A stretch of 64,000 bases of DNA from an uncultured Methanolobus sp. (lineage in GTDB: Archaea > Halobacteriota > Methanosarcinia > Methanosarcinales > Methanosarcinaceae): the NCBI GenBank assembly GCA_963675495.1, contig OY776215.1, positions 960,001 to 1,024,000 on the forward strand, in the 5' to 3' direction. The notes beneath the pieces were generated by a model. It made no database searches. It had not been told where the DNA came from and saw only the letters and a program-made list of their open reading frames with translations. How positions within the stretch are numbered: the first letter of the stretch is position 1; every line of letters begins with the position of its first letter. Shown piece by piece: positions 8,646 through 20,900 of this stretch. The position numbers and the translations under genes are program-made.

Positions 8646-11600
8646 CAATTAAAAATAAAATCGATATTACTAGTAAGCATATTATTGCTTGTTGCACTAA
8701 CTGGTGTTGCAGCAGCAGATGAACAGAAAACAAAAATAACTTACATAGCTTATTCAGATGCTTATTCAGAGAACGAGGCACTGCAGATAGCAAGTCAGAG
8801 CAACGACCACAGTGACCTGATAGAATACACGTTCATTGAATACGGAAACTCAACATTTGGTGCAAGCCCGGAGTTGCTTGCGGCCGCTGAGAGTGGTTTC
8901 CTGGGAACACAGGATGTAATATTCTGTGATATGATGGGAAGCAAGACATTTAACGCATACAATGGAACCATAAATGAAAGTTTTAAGCATGCACAGGACA
9001 ATGGAGCAGAGCTTTACAGTATACGTACCAGCAGCACTCCATCATACTTCGACTATGTAATATCAGGTGCTGCAGAGCCAGATCCGATATGCACATACTA
9101 TCAGGCAATAGACACTACTGAAGAAGGCATAGAGAATGCTGAGAACCTGCTGATGTACCTCGCAATGAGAACGAGGATTACCTACATAGCTTATTCAGAT
9201 GCTTATTCAGAGAACGAGGCAATGCAGATAGCAAGTCAGAGCAACGATCACAGTGACCTGATAGAATACACGTTCATTGAATACGGAAACTCAACATTTG
9301 GTGCAAGCCCGGAGTTGCTTGCAGCTGCTGAGAGTGGTTTCCTGGGAACACAGGACATAATATTCTGTGATATGATGGGAAGCAAGACATTTAACGCATA
9401 CAATGGAACCATAAATGAAAGTTTTAAGGATGCACAGGACAATGGAGCAGAGCTTTACAGTATACGCACCAGCAGCACTCCAGCATACTTCGACTATGTA
9501 ATATCAGGTGCTGCAGAGCCAGATCCGATATGCACATACTATCAGGCAATAGACACTACTGAAGAAGGCATAGAGAATGCTGAGAACCTTCTGATGTACC
9601 TCGCAATGAGAACGAGGATTACCTACATAGCTTATTCTGATGCTTATTCAGAGAACGAGGCAATGCAGATAGCAAGTCAGAGCAACGACCACAGTGACCT
9701 GATAGAATACACGTTCATTGAATACGGAAACTCAACATTTGGTGCAAGCCCGGAGTTGCTTGCAGCTGCTGAGAGTGGTTTCCTGGAAACACAGGACATA
9801 ATATTCTGTGATATGATGGGAAGCAAAACATTTAACGCATACAATGGAACCATAAATGAAAGTTTTAAGGATGCACAGGACAATGGAGCAGAGCTTTACA
9901 GTATACGTACCAGCAGCACTCCATCATACTTCGACTATGTAATATCAGGTGCTGCAGAACCAGATCCGATATGCACATACTATCAGGCAATAGACACTAC
10001 TGAAGAAGGCATAGAGAATGCTGAAAACTTTCTGATGTATCTGGCAAAACACGATGACACCTTTGTAGAAACTGCTCTTATGAGTACAGATACAAGTACC
10101 AGTCTTGTTGAAGATGGGGACCTATTATTCATTCTGGGTACCGATCATAATGAAGCAGACCTGATCAATGCTGCAAATGATACAGAAATTTCCTCCAGTT
10201 TGAATATTACTATCCTGACAAATGACAATATCCCACCTGCAGACTATGATTTTTCACCATATTCATTGATCTTCATTGAATCACAGGATGAAAATGTAGT
10301 GGAAGGATGGAGTTCCAGTATAAACTCATCAGCCAATGTCATTGGTTATAATCTGTCATCCAATATTACATTGCCAAACGTTGACCTGTATTCAGATGAG
10401 TACACAGATATTGAAAGATACTGGATACAGGGCGGAGAGGCAAATATGAAGAATATGCTTAAGTTCATGGCAGGAAATTCAGCCATAGATGAACCTGAAA
10501 TTGTTCTTCCAAAGGCAAACCTGACATAAATTCTCAGTTCTGACAGCAGTGTTGCTTATATGACAAAGGTTATTGAGGAAAGAGATGTCATCACAGACCG
10601 TTTCAACGTCAATGTAATGGGCACCCTTGAAGCTATCGACAGTACTGTGGACCTCAGCAATGAGGATGTTATAATAATACATATGATGGGATCAGAAGGA
10701 GCTGCTGAAATAAAGGACCGATTGCTTGAAGCAAAAGCCAATGGTACCGAGATCGGGCAGTTCGATTGTGTAGCTGATATCTATGGATTTACCACCTTTG
10801 ACATAGAAAGCGATTATCCCACAATTCCATATTATCTATACAATAATGGATTTTCCAATATGGAGTACTGGATACGCTGCACAGGAGTTACTTTTGGGGA
10901 TGCATACATAGAATATACTGATCCAATAGAACCTGTTGTTCCTGAAGACGGAATCTACCACCCTGATGCATTCCCAAGGATATTCGAGGACAGTGCAGAA
11001 TACCTTCAATGGTATGAAGAGCAAGGCTATGACCCATCTGCACCCACCATTGGTATAATTGGAAACAAATTTGGTCAGACCTCCATTGAATTTACCACAG
11101 AGGATGCAATAATCCGATATCTGGAATCCCAGGGATGCAACGTGATCCATGCCAGTTACATTGTCGCTAGCGAAGATGTGGATATTTTCACTAAAGACGG
11201 AGAAGTTCTGGTTGATGCTATCATTTCCATAAAAGGATTCTACCTGAATTATAATAGTCCGGAGGCAGGTGTTGAGTACCTTCAGAACAAGTACAATGTT
11301 CCTGTGTTAAAGGGTGTAACTGACTACTACCAGTCACCTGAAGAATATATTGCAAATGTTCAGGGACTGAGTTCCGCATCAATTCCATCCCAGGTCACAC
11401 AGCCTGAAATTGACGGTCTGACCGACTACATATGGATTTCTGGAAGAACACAGGATCCTGATACTGAGCAGTATTACTACGAACCATTGGATTATCAGGT
11501 TGAATGGATCTGTGACAGAGCAATTGCCTGGGCAGAACTTGGAGAGACAGATAATGCTGACAAGAAGATAAGTATTATTTATTACAACCACGAAGGCGGT

Positions 11601-14600
11601 AAGAACAATATTGGCGCCAGCTATATGGATATTGGTTCAAGTTTCACACTGCTTATGGAAGGCATGAGAGATGCCGGATATGATGTTGGAAACGATACAA
11701 TTCCAAACGGAAGCGAGTTCATTGATCTGTTTATAACCAGCAGGAACGTTGGTTCATGGGCACCAGGAGAGCTTGAGAAGGTCGTTGAAAGCGGCTATGT
11801 GACAATGGTTCCTGTAGATGAGTATCTACAATATTACAATGAACTTCCTGAAACTGTCCGTGAAGAGGTTGAGGATACATGGGGAGAAGCTCCCGGAGAC
11901 ATCATGACCTATGAGAACGAAAGCGGAAAGTACTTTGTAATACCAACCATACAGCTTGGTAACATCAATTTCATTCCCCAGCCAACAAGAGCAGGACTCT
12001 CTGACGAGACACTTATCTACCACAATGAATCCATACCACCAACACACCAGTATCTTGCAACATACTTCTGGATCAATAATGGATACGACGCAGATGCACT
12101 GATCCACTTTGGTACTCACGGTACTCAGGAATGGTTACCTGGTAATGAAGTAGGACTCTGGAGATATGATTATCCATCTATCATGGTTGCAGAAACTCCT
12201 GTTGTTTATCCATACATCATGGATAATGTAGGAGAAGGTACTCAGGCAAAACGCCGTGGCAATGCTGTCATAATCGATCACCTCACACCTGCTATAGTTG
12301 AAGCCGGACTTTACGGTGAACTTGCTATAATGCACGACAAGATTCACAACTATGGAGAGGCAAAGGATGACGATGATACCGATATGATGGTACGTTATAG
12401 AAACAGTACTATACAGCTATACGATAATCTTACCCTCGGTGAAGATCTTGGTGTTTCAACCGAAGAATTGTCTGCCATGACAGATGATGAGTTTGAGAAC
12501 TTCCTTGACAGTGTATTGCATGAATACCTCCATGAATTACAGGAAGAACTAATGCCTTATGGACTACACGTTTTCGGTGTTGCACCTGATGACTTCAAAC
12601 TTGTCTCGATGGTCAAATCCATGCTTGGCAGCGATTTTACTGATGATATCTACGACGTACTTCCAAAGACCAGCGGAAGTCAGGAAGACTGGGAGGATGA
12701 AGCAAGTACTGATGCAACATTGCTACTGAATGCGACATTGCTTGATGATGTAAATGTATCAGATGCACAGGTTGAAGTGTTTGGACAGGAATACACCAAT
12801 ATCACAGTTGATCTGGAACTTGCACTTGAATATGCAGATAATCTGGAACAAACGACCCGTGAAATAAGCCAGACACTGCGCGCTCTTGATGCAGAATACA
12901 TTGAACCTGTAACCGGAAATGATCCGATTCGTAACCCAGGTGCATTACCTACTGGTAATAACTTCTACAGTTTTGACCAGAGAACAATACCAGATGAGGA
13001 AACTGAAGCACAGGGTCGTCAAGTAATCAGAACATGGCTTGATTCCTATTGTTCAGAGAACGGAGAATATCCTAATAAGGTATCCTTTGTACTGTGGTCT
13101 GTTGAAACAATGCGTCACGAAGGTCTGATGGAAGCACAAATATATGAGTTGCTTGGAGTGGAACCTGAAAGGAGCTCCGGCAGACTGACAGGAGAGTTCA
13201 CTGTAATACCTGTTGAAGAACTTGGACATCCAAGAATTGACGTACTGCTTGTACCTTCCGGACTCTACCGTGATACATTCCCATTCCAGCTCGAACTACT
13301 GGACAATGCAGTTCGTACGGTTTCTGACCTTGACGAGACCAATGAGACAAACTACGTGAGAATGAATTCACTTGCAATTGAAAATGCCATGCTTGAACTG
13401 GGATACAATGAAAGCATTGCACACTACATTTCAAGGTCAAGGATATTCAGTGAAGCTGAAGGCACCTACGGCACCGGTGTGACCGAAGCCGTAGAGGCAA
13501 GTGAGACTTGGGAGAATTCAACCGAGATCGCTGACCTGTTCATCGCCAGAATGGCAAACGTTTATGGAGCAGATGTATGGGGTGACAACTATGAGGATGT
13601 GCTCAAACTCAACCTTGTCGATGTAGATGCAGCAATACACAGTGATTCAAGCAACCTCTACGGTCTTATAGACAATGATGATTACTACCAGTATCTTGGT
13701 GGACTCGGACTGGCTATAAGGTCACTTGGAGGTGGAGATCTTTCAATGTATATTGCAGACTTTACAACTGTTGACAATCCTGAGATCATCACTCTTGAAG
13801 AAGCTTTCAGTAAAGAGCTGACTGCCAGATATCTCAATCCTAGCTGGTTGAATGGAATGATGGAGTATGATTATGCTGGTGCCAGGGAAATGATGAAAGC
13901 AGTCGAGTATATGTGGGGCTGGGAAGCAACTACACCAGGCCTTGTAACTGACTCGGATTGGAACAAGATCTATGAAACACTTATACTTGATTCACAAGAT
14001 ATAGGTGTGGATGACTTCCTGAAAGAAAACCCATATCAATATCAGTCTGCTCTGGCAAGGATGGCAGAAACTATAAGGAAAGATGGTTGGGATGCTGATG
14101 ATGGAGTTTTGAATAACATCGTCAAAGAGTACGTTGAATCTGTTGTCAATGATGGTGTCACATGCTGTCACCACACCTGTGGAAATGCAAAATTAGATGA
14201 TTTCATAACGGGTAATATGGCAGCAGCAGGAGTCAGCCAGGAAGTACAGGATGCATACAAGCAACTGATGTACGAAGCAACCCACAAGACAGAGATCCAG
14301 CAACAACCTGAAACTACAACTACTGCCAAAAGCAGCTCAGGCAGTCAGACCGGAACAGATCTGAATGTAGTAGAAGCAGGCTCTGGCTCATCCAATCAGA
14401 CCATGACAGCAGATTCTGGAGGAGCTGGTCTGGATTCTAATACACCTGTTCAGGATTCTGCAAAATCAACCCCTGATAACTATGTGGAAGGTTATGAGAT
14501 GACAAAGGAAAGTGTTGTGAACAACGACAACACAAATAGTCCATCAGTATCCAGTTCTGACATAATAGCTTCTGTCTTTGTTCTTGGAGCAGTAGGAGCA

Positions 14601-14636
14601 ATGTATGTAGGATTCTGGAGAAGAAGGAAAATGTAA
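8643..14636 (+). pseudogene. CobN-like chelatase 2, interrupted by one in-frame TAA at 10527-10529 (ORFs 8643-10529 and 10560-14636 share a frame)
   Basis: Both ORF starts are 0 mod 3; reads PKANLT*ILSSDSSVAYMTKV, aligning with PKISYVLS of paralog 4. Signal peptide is in the first part, HFGTHG core and TM anchor in the second. Confidence 0.8.
8730..10050 (+). repeat. 3 near-identical tandem repeats of 441 bp (147 aa) encoding chelatase head-like domains
   Basis: ITYIAYSDAYSENEA...QDxIFCDMMG...CTYYQ...NAENLLMYLA three times; 441-nt period also visible in antisense ORF ends 9001/9442/9883. Confidence 0.92.
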
Positions 14637-14655
14637 AGTGCTGTAAAGTGTTTTT

Positions 14656-14689
14656 GGCGCTTTTCAAAAAAAGCGCCTTTTCTTTTTTT
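14656..14689 (+). terminator. Terminator after chelatase 2
   Basis: GGCGCTTTT..AAAAGCGCC hairpin + oligo-T. Confidence 0.8.
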
Positions 14690-14929
14690 ATCGCGTCAAA
14701 GCGAAAACTTTATATATATAACAATTATTAGTTTTTATGATTATACACATAAGTATAAACACAATTAGCATTGTGTTTCAATAAAGTAATGTAATCATAA
14801 ACAATGTGGTGGTTCGTTGAAAAAATTATATATATACTCATTAAAACACACGTAGTGCTATGCAAGAAGAAACTAAGTTTTGGAAAAGCATAGTATATTT
14901 TATGCTTTTTTAATTCCAGATTATAATTA

Positions 14930-14999
14930 TTGTGAATGCTCCTTTGCAGCCGCCAAGCAAAGAAGGGAGTGTCCTCACAAGTTATCGGGGGATAACATG
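14930..14999 (+). promoter_or_regulatory. Conserved two-hairpin leader element, copy 2
   Basis: TGTGA/ATGCTCC/TTTGC-AGCCGCCAA-GCAAA/GGAGTGT/TCACA nested stem, then GTTATC-GGGG-GATAAC directly before ATG 14997. Confidence 0.7.
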
Positions 15000-17900
15000 C
15001 AAATGAAAATAAAATCAATATTAATATTAGGTATATTGTTGTTGGTATCGCTAAGCGGTATTGCTGCAGCAGATGAACAGAAAATAAGCATAATGTATGT
15101 AGCATGGATGCCAGATCCAGCCCTTGAACTGGCAAGCCAGAATAGTTTATTTGCCGGGGATATAAATTACATATATATTCCATCTTATAACACGACTACA
15201 TGGACAGGACCAAGTGATGAGCTTATAGAAGCTGCAAATAATGGTCTTCTGGAAGAACAGGACATCATATTCTGTGATATGTTATCAGCAGCGGTTTTTG
15301 ACCCAATTAACACCTCATTCAGCCAGGCACACGATGCAGGAATATCACTTATCGACATCAATTCCATCAATACACCTTCCTATTTTGATTATATCAGTGA
15401 TGGAACTGATGACGATATGATCTGTAACCTGTACAATAACATGGGTACAGCTACAGAAACTGAGAGGCAGAACGCAGAGCACTTGCTCAAATATCTGGCA
15501 CAGGAATACGGAAACCATTCTGAGATAACAGATGAATGGGACAAGATCCGCGTACTGTGTATTGCATGGGAACCAAGTGCCGCCCTTCAGATGGCTTCTG
15601 AAACTAACAAACACAGAGATGTTATAGAATACACATACATACCTTCATACAACACAACAACATGGACAGGACCCAGCGATGAACTCATTGAAGCAGGAAG
15701 CAGCGGAGTCCTGAATGATCAGGATGTGATTTTCTGTGATATGCTAGCATCATCCATCTATGAGCCCATGGATAATGTCTTTTCAAATGCCAGTGAGAAC
15801 GGAGCGGTCTTTGTTGATCTCCGCTCTGCAGACACACCTGACTACTTCGACCATGTATATTCCGGCTCAGAGGATAACGAGCTATGCAACCTTTACAACA
15901 GTATGGGAACCATTACCGAAGAAGAGATTAAAAGTTCAAAGGATTTCCTGACTTTCCTTGCAAGTGAATATGGGGACCGTACGGACATAACGGATGACTG
16001 GAACAAGGTCAATATTCTCTACATCGCATATGCACCAAGCACCGCACTACAACTGGCAAGCGAAATGAGTGAGCATACTGATGATATCAAATTCAGTTAC
16101 CTGCCTTCGTACAACACCACAACATGGGCAGGACCCAGTGATGAACTCATTGAAGCGGGGAACAGTATTTTCCTGGAAAAACAGGACGTGATTTTCTGTG
16201 ACATGCTGTCTGCATCTGTATTCGATCCTATGAACAGCTCATTCTATGCAGCACAGGAGACTGGTGCCTCCTTACTCGATATTCGTTCAGTAAATACACC
16301 AGAATACTTTGATTACGTTTCCAACGGTTCTATCGACGATACCATGTGTAATTATTATAACAACATGGGTACCGAAACAGATGACGAGCAACTGAATGCA
16401 CAGAACCTTCTGGAGTATCTGGCAACTGAATACGGCGACAGGGACGAGATCACTGATACCTGGGACAATAAGATCAAGGTAATGTATATTGCATATGCAC
16501 CAGCTCAGGCACTTGAGCTGGCAAGCCAGAACAATATGCACAGTGACGAGATAGAATACACATACATACCATCATACAACACCACAACCTGGGCAGGTCC
16601 CAGCGACGAACTTCTGGAAGTTGCAAGCAGCGGTCTTCTGGATGAACAGGATGTAGTATTCTTTGACATGGTGACTGCAAGCGTATACGAGCCATTGAAC
16701 GATTCACTGATTAGCGCAAAGAACAATGGTGTTTCATTTGTAGACATCAGATCCATGAATACACCAGAATACTTTGATTATGTATCAAATGGTTCAATAG
16801 ATGACCCCATATGCAACTACTACAACAGTATGGGAATTAACTCAGAAGTAGAGAAGAAGAATGCGGAGAACCTACTCATCTACCTTGCAAAAGAGTACGG
16901 AAACCATCCGGAAATTACTGACAACTGGATAGCCATAAAGGTAATGTACATTGCATGGGCACCAAGTGACTCTCTGGCAACTGCAAGTAAGACAAACCCA
17001 TACAGCCAGAATATTGATTACACCTATATCGCTTCCTATAATACCACAACGTGGGCAGGACCCAGTGATGACCTGCTGGCTGCAGGTGAGGGAGGACTGC
17101 TGGAGGAGCAGGATGTGATATTCTGCGATATGCTCGCAGGAAGTATCTTTGAGCCAATTGACCAGTTCCTCAGAAATGCACATGATAATGGTACTGTTCT
17201 GGTGGACATACGTTCTACCAATACTCCTGACTACTTTGATCATGTATACAATGGATCTGAGAACAATACCCTGTGCAATTATTACAACAACATGGGAACA
17301 GCAACTGGCGCTCAGTTGAACAATGCTGAGAACCTGCTCATTTATCTTGCGAAGGAACTTGGCGTCAACCCTGGACTTACAGATGATTGGCAGTACGCAA
17401 CCCTCGGTCCAATATCACTTCCTGATGTTGGTCTTTATCACCCGGACTATGAAGGAAAGTATTTTGAAAGTACCGATGAATACCTGCAGTGGTATGCAGA
17501 GGATACCGGTACACACAGAATGTACGACCCTTCCAGACCGACCATAGGAATGTGGATGCACAGGTCGGATGTCAAAGATGGTCATACGGAAGTTGTAGAT
17601 GCACTTCTGCGAGACATTGAATCAAAGGATTGCAATGTCATTTTAGGAATCGATACCTTTGATGATATTGTAAAATTTTATTGTGACGAGAACAACGAGT
17701 CACTTGTTCAATCTGTAATCTCACTGAAGAGTTTCAGACTTAATTATTTCGATAATGAGAAGGGATTGCGTGAACTTGAAGAACTTGATGTACCGGTCCT
17801 CAGGGGAATAGTTGTTGAAACAACCAACGTTTATGACCCTGCAGATGAGAACCGTGGAATACCAAATGGTCAGGTCGTGCGAAAGACCATAGGACCGAAT

Positions 17901-20900
17901 GTTGATGGTATTTTTGAGTACATAGTAGTTGGAGACAGCACATATGACCCTACTACTGAAACCAGTTCATATACATCAAGGGATGCGCAGATTGACTGGA
18001 TAGTGAACCGGTCCATAAACTGGGCTGAGCTGAAACTCAATGAGAACAAGGACAAAAAAGTTGCAGTCATCTACTACAACTATCCATCCGGGAAGGACAA
18101 TATCGGTGCAAGTTACCTGGACACCATCTCAAGCATGAGACTTATGCTCAACAAAATGAATGAGAGTGACTTTTCAGTTACAGGCATTCCTGAGAACAAC
18201 AGCCAGCTTCTGGAAATGTTGTGGGCACAGGGTATCAATGCCGGTTCCTGGGCACCTGGCGTCATGAACGAGATGGTTGAGAACAAGACCGAATGGGGAC
18301 TTCAGCTCATACCAATGGAAACGTATCACCAGTGGTTTGAAGAGGAGATCCCTGAGGAGCTCAAAGAACAGGTAATACAGGAATGGGGAGAACCATGGTC
18401 CGAAGACCTGCCACAGAACAAGAGTCTCATGATGTGGGAGAATGATATCGGTGAGAAGTACCTGGTCATCCCGACTGTCCAGTTCGGTAATGTCTGGCTC
18501 ATGCCACAGCCTGCAAGAGGATTCCTACAGAACGATAATGCACTCTACCATAGCAGCCTTGTTCCTCCACCACATCAGTACATTGCTTTCTATCTATGGC
18601 TGAACAATGACTGGGATGCCGATGCTATAATCCACTTCGGAACTCATGGTACACATGAATGGCTACCGGGACAGGCATACGGAATGAACCGCTCTGCTGA
18701 GTGGGCACCGGTACTGTTGCAGGACCTACCTAACATCTATCCATACATAGTGGCAAATGTCGGTGAAGGTCTTACTGCAGAATATCGTGGCAATGCACTG
18801 ATAATTGATCATATGACACCAACCCTTGAACGATCAGGGACCTATGGTGAACTGGCAAACATGTCACGGTTCATACAGGAATATTACGGACCTGAGATGT
18901 CATTGCAAACCAAGCAAGCGTATCAGATGGCTATAATCGATGAAATGGTAATTTCTGGCGTCGACGTAGACCTTGAGGTTAATTCAACCGATCTGTATCT
19001 CTATAGTGAGGCAGAGTTTGATATCTTTGTCAAGGATATACTTCACGAATATCTGGAAGATATCGAAGGTGAGAACATTCCTTACGGAATGCATATACTT
19101 GGTGAAGTACCTTCAACGAATGCCACAGGCCCATACAGGGATGAACTCTCGGGTATGGTACGCTCAATGATGGGAAGTTACTTTGAGGAGAACGTAACAG
19201 CAGCATTCTATCCTCTGGAAGAGTACCCACTTGGAATCCCATTCAATGATACACAGGTAGAACTGCTGGTCTGGGAAGTCATAAGCAACGGAACAAGTCC
19301 CAATGACGCACAGATCATGGTCTATGGTGAGGTAAATGAATCACTGAACATCGATCTGGAATTCGGCCTCTCATGTAAACAGAATCTCATTGACAGTTCC
19401 ATTGAAATGGACCGTGTGATCCTTGCACTGAGTGGTGGTTTCATTCCTGCAGGACCGGGAACCGATCCTGTGATGAACCCCAATGCAGTACCAACTGGAA
19501 GGAACTTCTATGGTGTCAATCCTGAACTCTATCCTTCAGAAGCAACCTGGAAGCTGGGCAAGATGCTTGCACAGCAATTGATAGATGACTACTACCAAAA
19601 CCATGGTGAATATCCACGTAAAGTATCATTCTCAAGGTTTGGTGTAGAGTTCATCAGGGACCATGGTACCCTGGAAGCAGAAGCACTGTATATGATGGGG
19701 GTCCAGCCAGTCTGGGACAGGAATGGAAAGGTGATAGGTGTTGAGCTGATACCTGAAGAAGAGCTAGTTCCAGACTACGACACCTCAATTGCCGGCAGGC
19801 CACGTATTGACATCGTTTACACCACCGCAGGCATGCGTGATGCATTCCCTGAAAAGTTGAAGATGCTTGATAATGCTGCAAAAATGGCAAATCTTGCTGA
19901 ACCTGGTAACTATCCAAACTATGTGAACATCAGTACACAGGCAATCTATACGGATCTTTACGCTTCATTCCTTAACAGCACCGGCAATGAAACATATTCA
20001 GCTGACTTGGCAGATACACTATCCACCATGCGCTGTTTCGCTGTTCGTGACGGAACCTATGAAATAGCTGTTGGAAATGCCATTGAGGCCAGTGGAACAT
20101 GGGAAAATGAATCAGAGATAGGAGAGCTGTATCTTGATAAGATGGGATATGCCTATGGCAGTGAGCTCTGGGGATACGATTGTTCTGACCTGCTCAGAGG
20201 CAATCTGATGAATGTAGATGCTTCAGTACATTCAGACTCATCTAACCTGTACGACACACTGGACAATGATGATTTCTTCCAGTATTTCGGTGGTTTGAAC
20301 CTTGCAACAAGATATGTGAGCGGAAAAACACCTGATATGTACGTTTCCGACACAAGGAATCCAGATAAGGCAGAAATTGTCGAGCTTGGCAGGTACATCA
20401 ACGTAAACATGCGTTCCAGATATCTTAACGATAAATGGATAGAAGGTATGAAGGGTTCAGGCTATGCCGGTGGCAGAATGATGGCTGAGTTCGTGGACAA
20501 TCTCTGGGGATGGGAAGTATCCAATTCCGAACTTGTTGACGATAAAATGTGGGAGAACGTGTTCAACACATACACCACTGATGAAATGAAGGAGTTCTTC
20601 AATGCAAACAACCCAGGAGCCTATCAATCCATTACAGGCAGGATGCTGGAAGGTGTACGCAAGGGATATATTGACCTGCCAGACGATGCTGTCAATAAGC
20701 TTGTGAAAGACTATATGGAATCAGTTGCAGAGAATGGAGCAACATGTTGTCACCACACATGTGGGAATCCATCGCTTGATACCTTTGTTCAGGGTAATAT
20801 ACCAGCTGACTTTAGTCAGCAAACGATAGATGCATACAAGAATCAGATGTTCGAGGCAACGTTGAGAAAAGAACTCCAGACACAGCCTTCTGAGAGTACG

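Noticed and set aside
10527-10529. Pyrrolysine or selenocysteine read-through in chelatase 2
   Set aside because: The codon is TAA, not TAG or TGA, and the aligned residue is Tyr
14880-14996. N-terminal extension of chelatase 3 given by the ORF track
   Set aside because: It runs through the conserved leader element; the signal peptide and SD place the start at 14997
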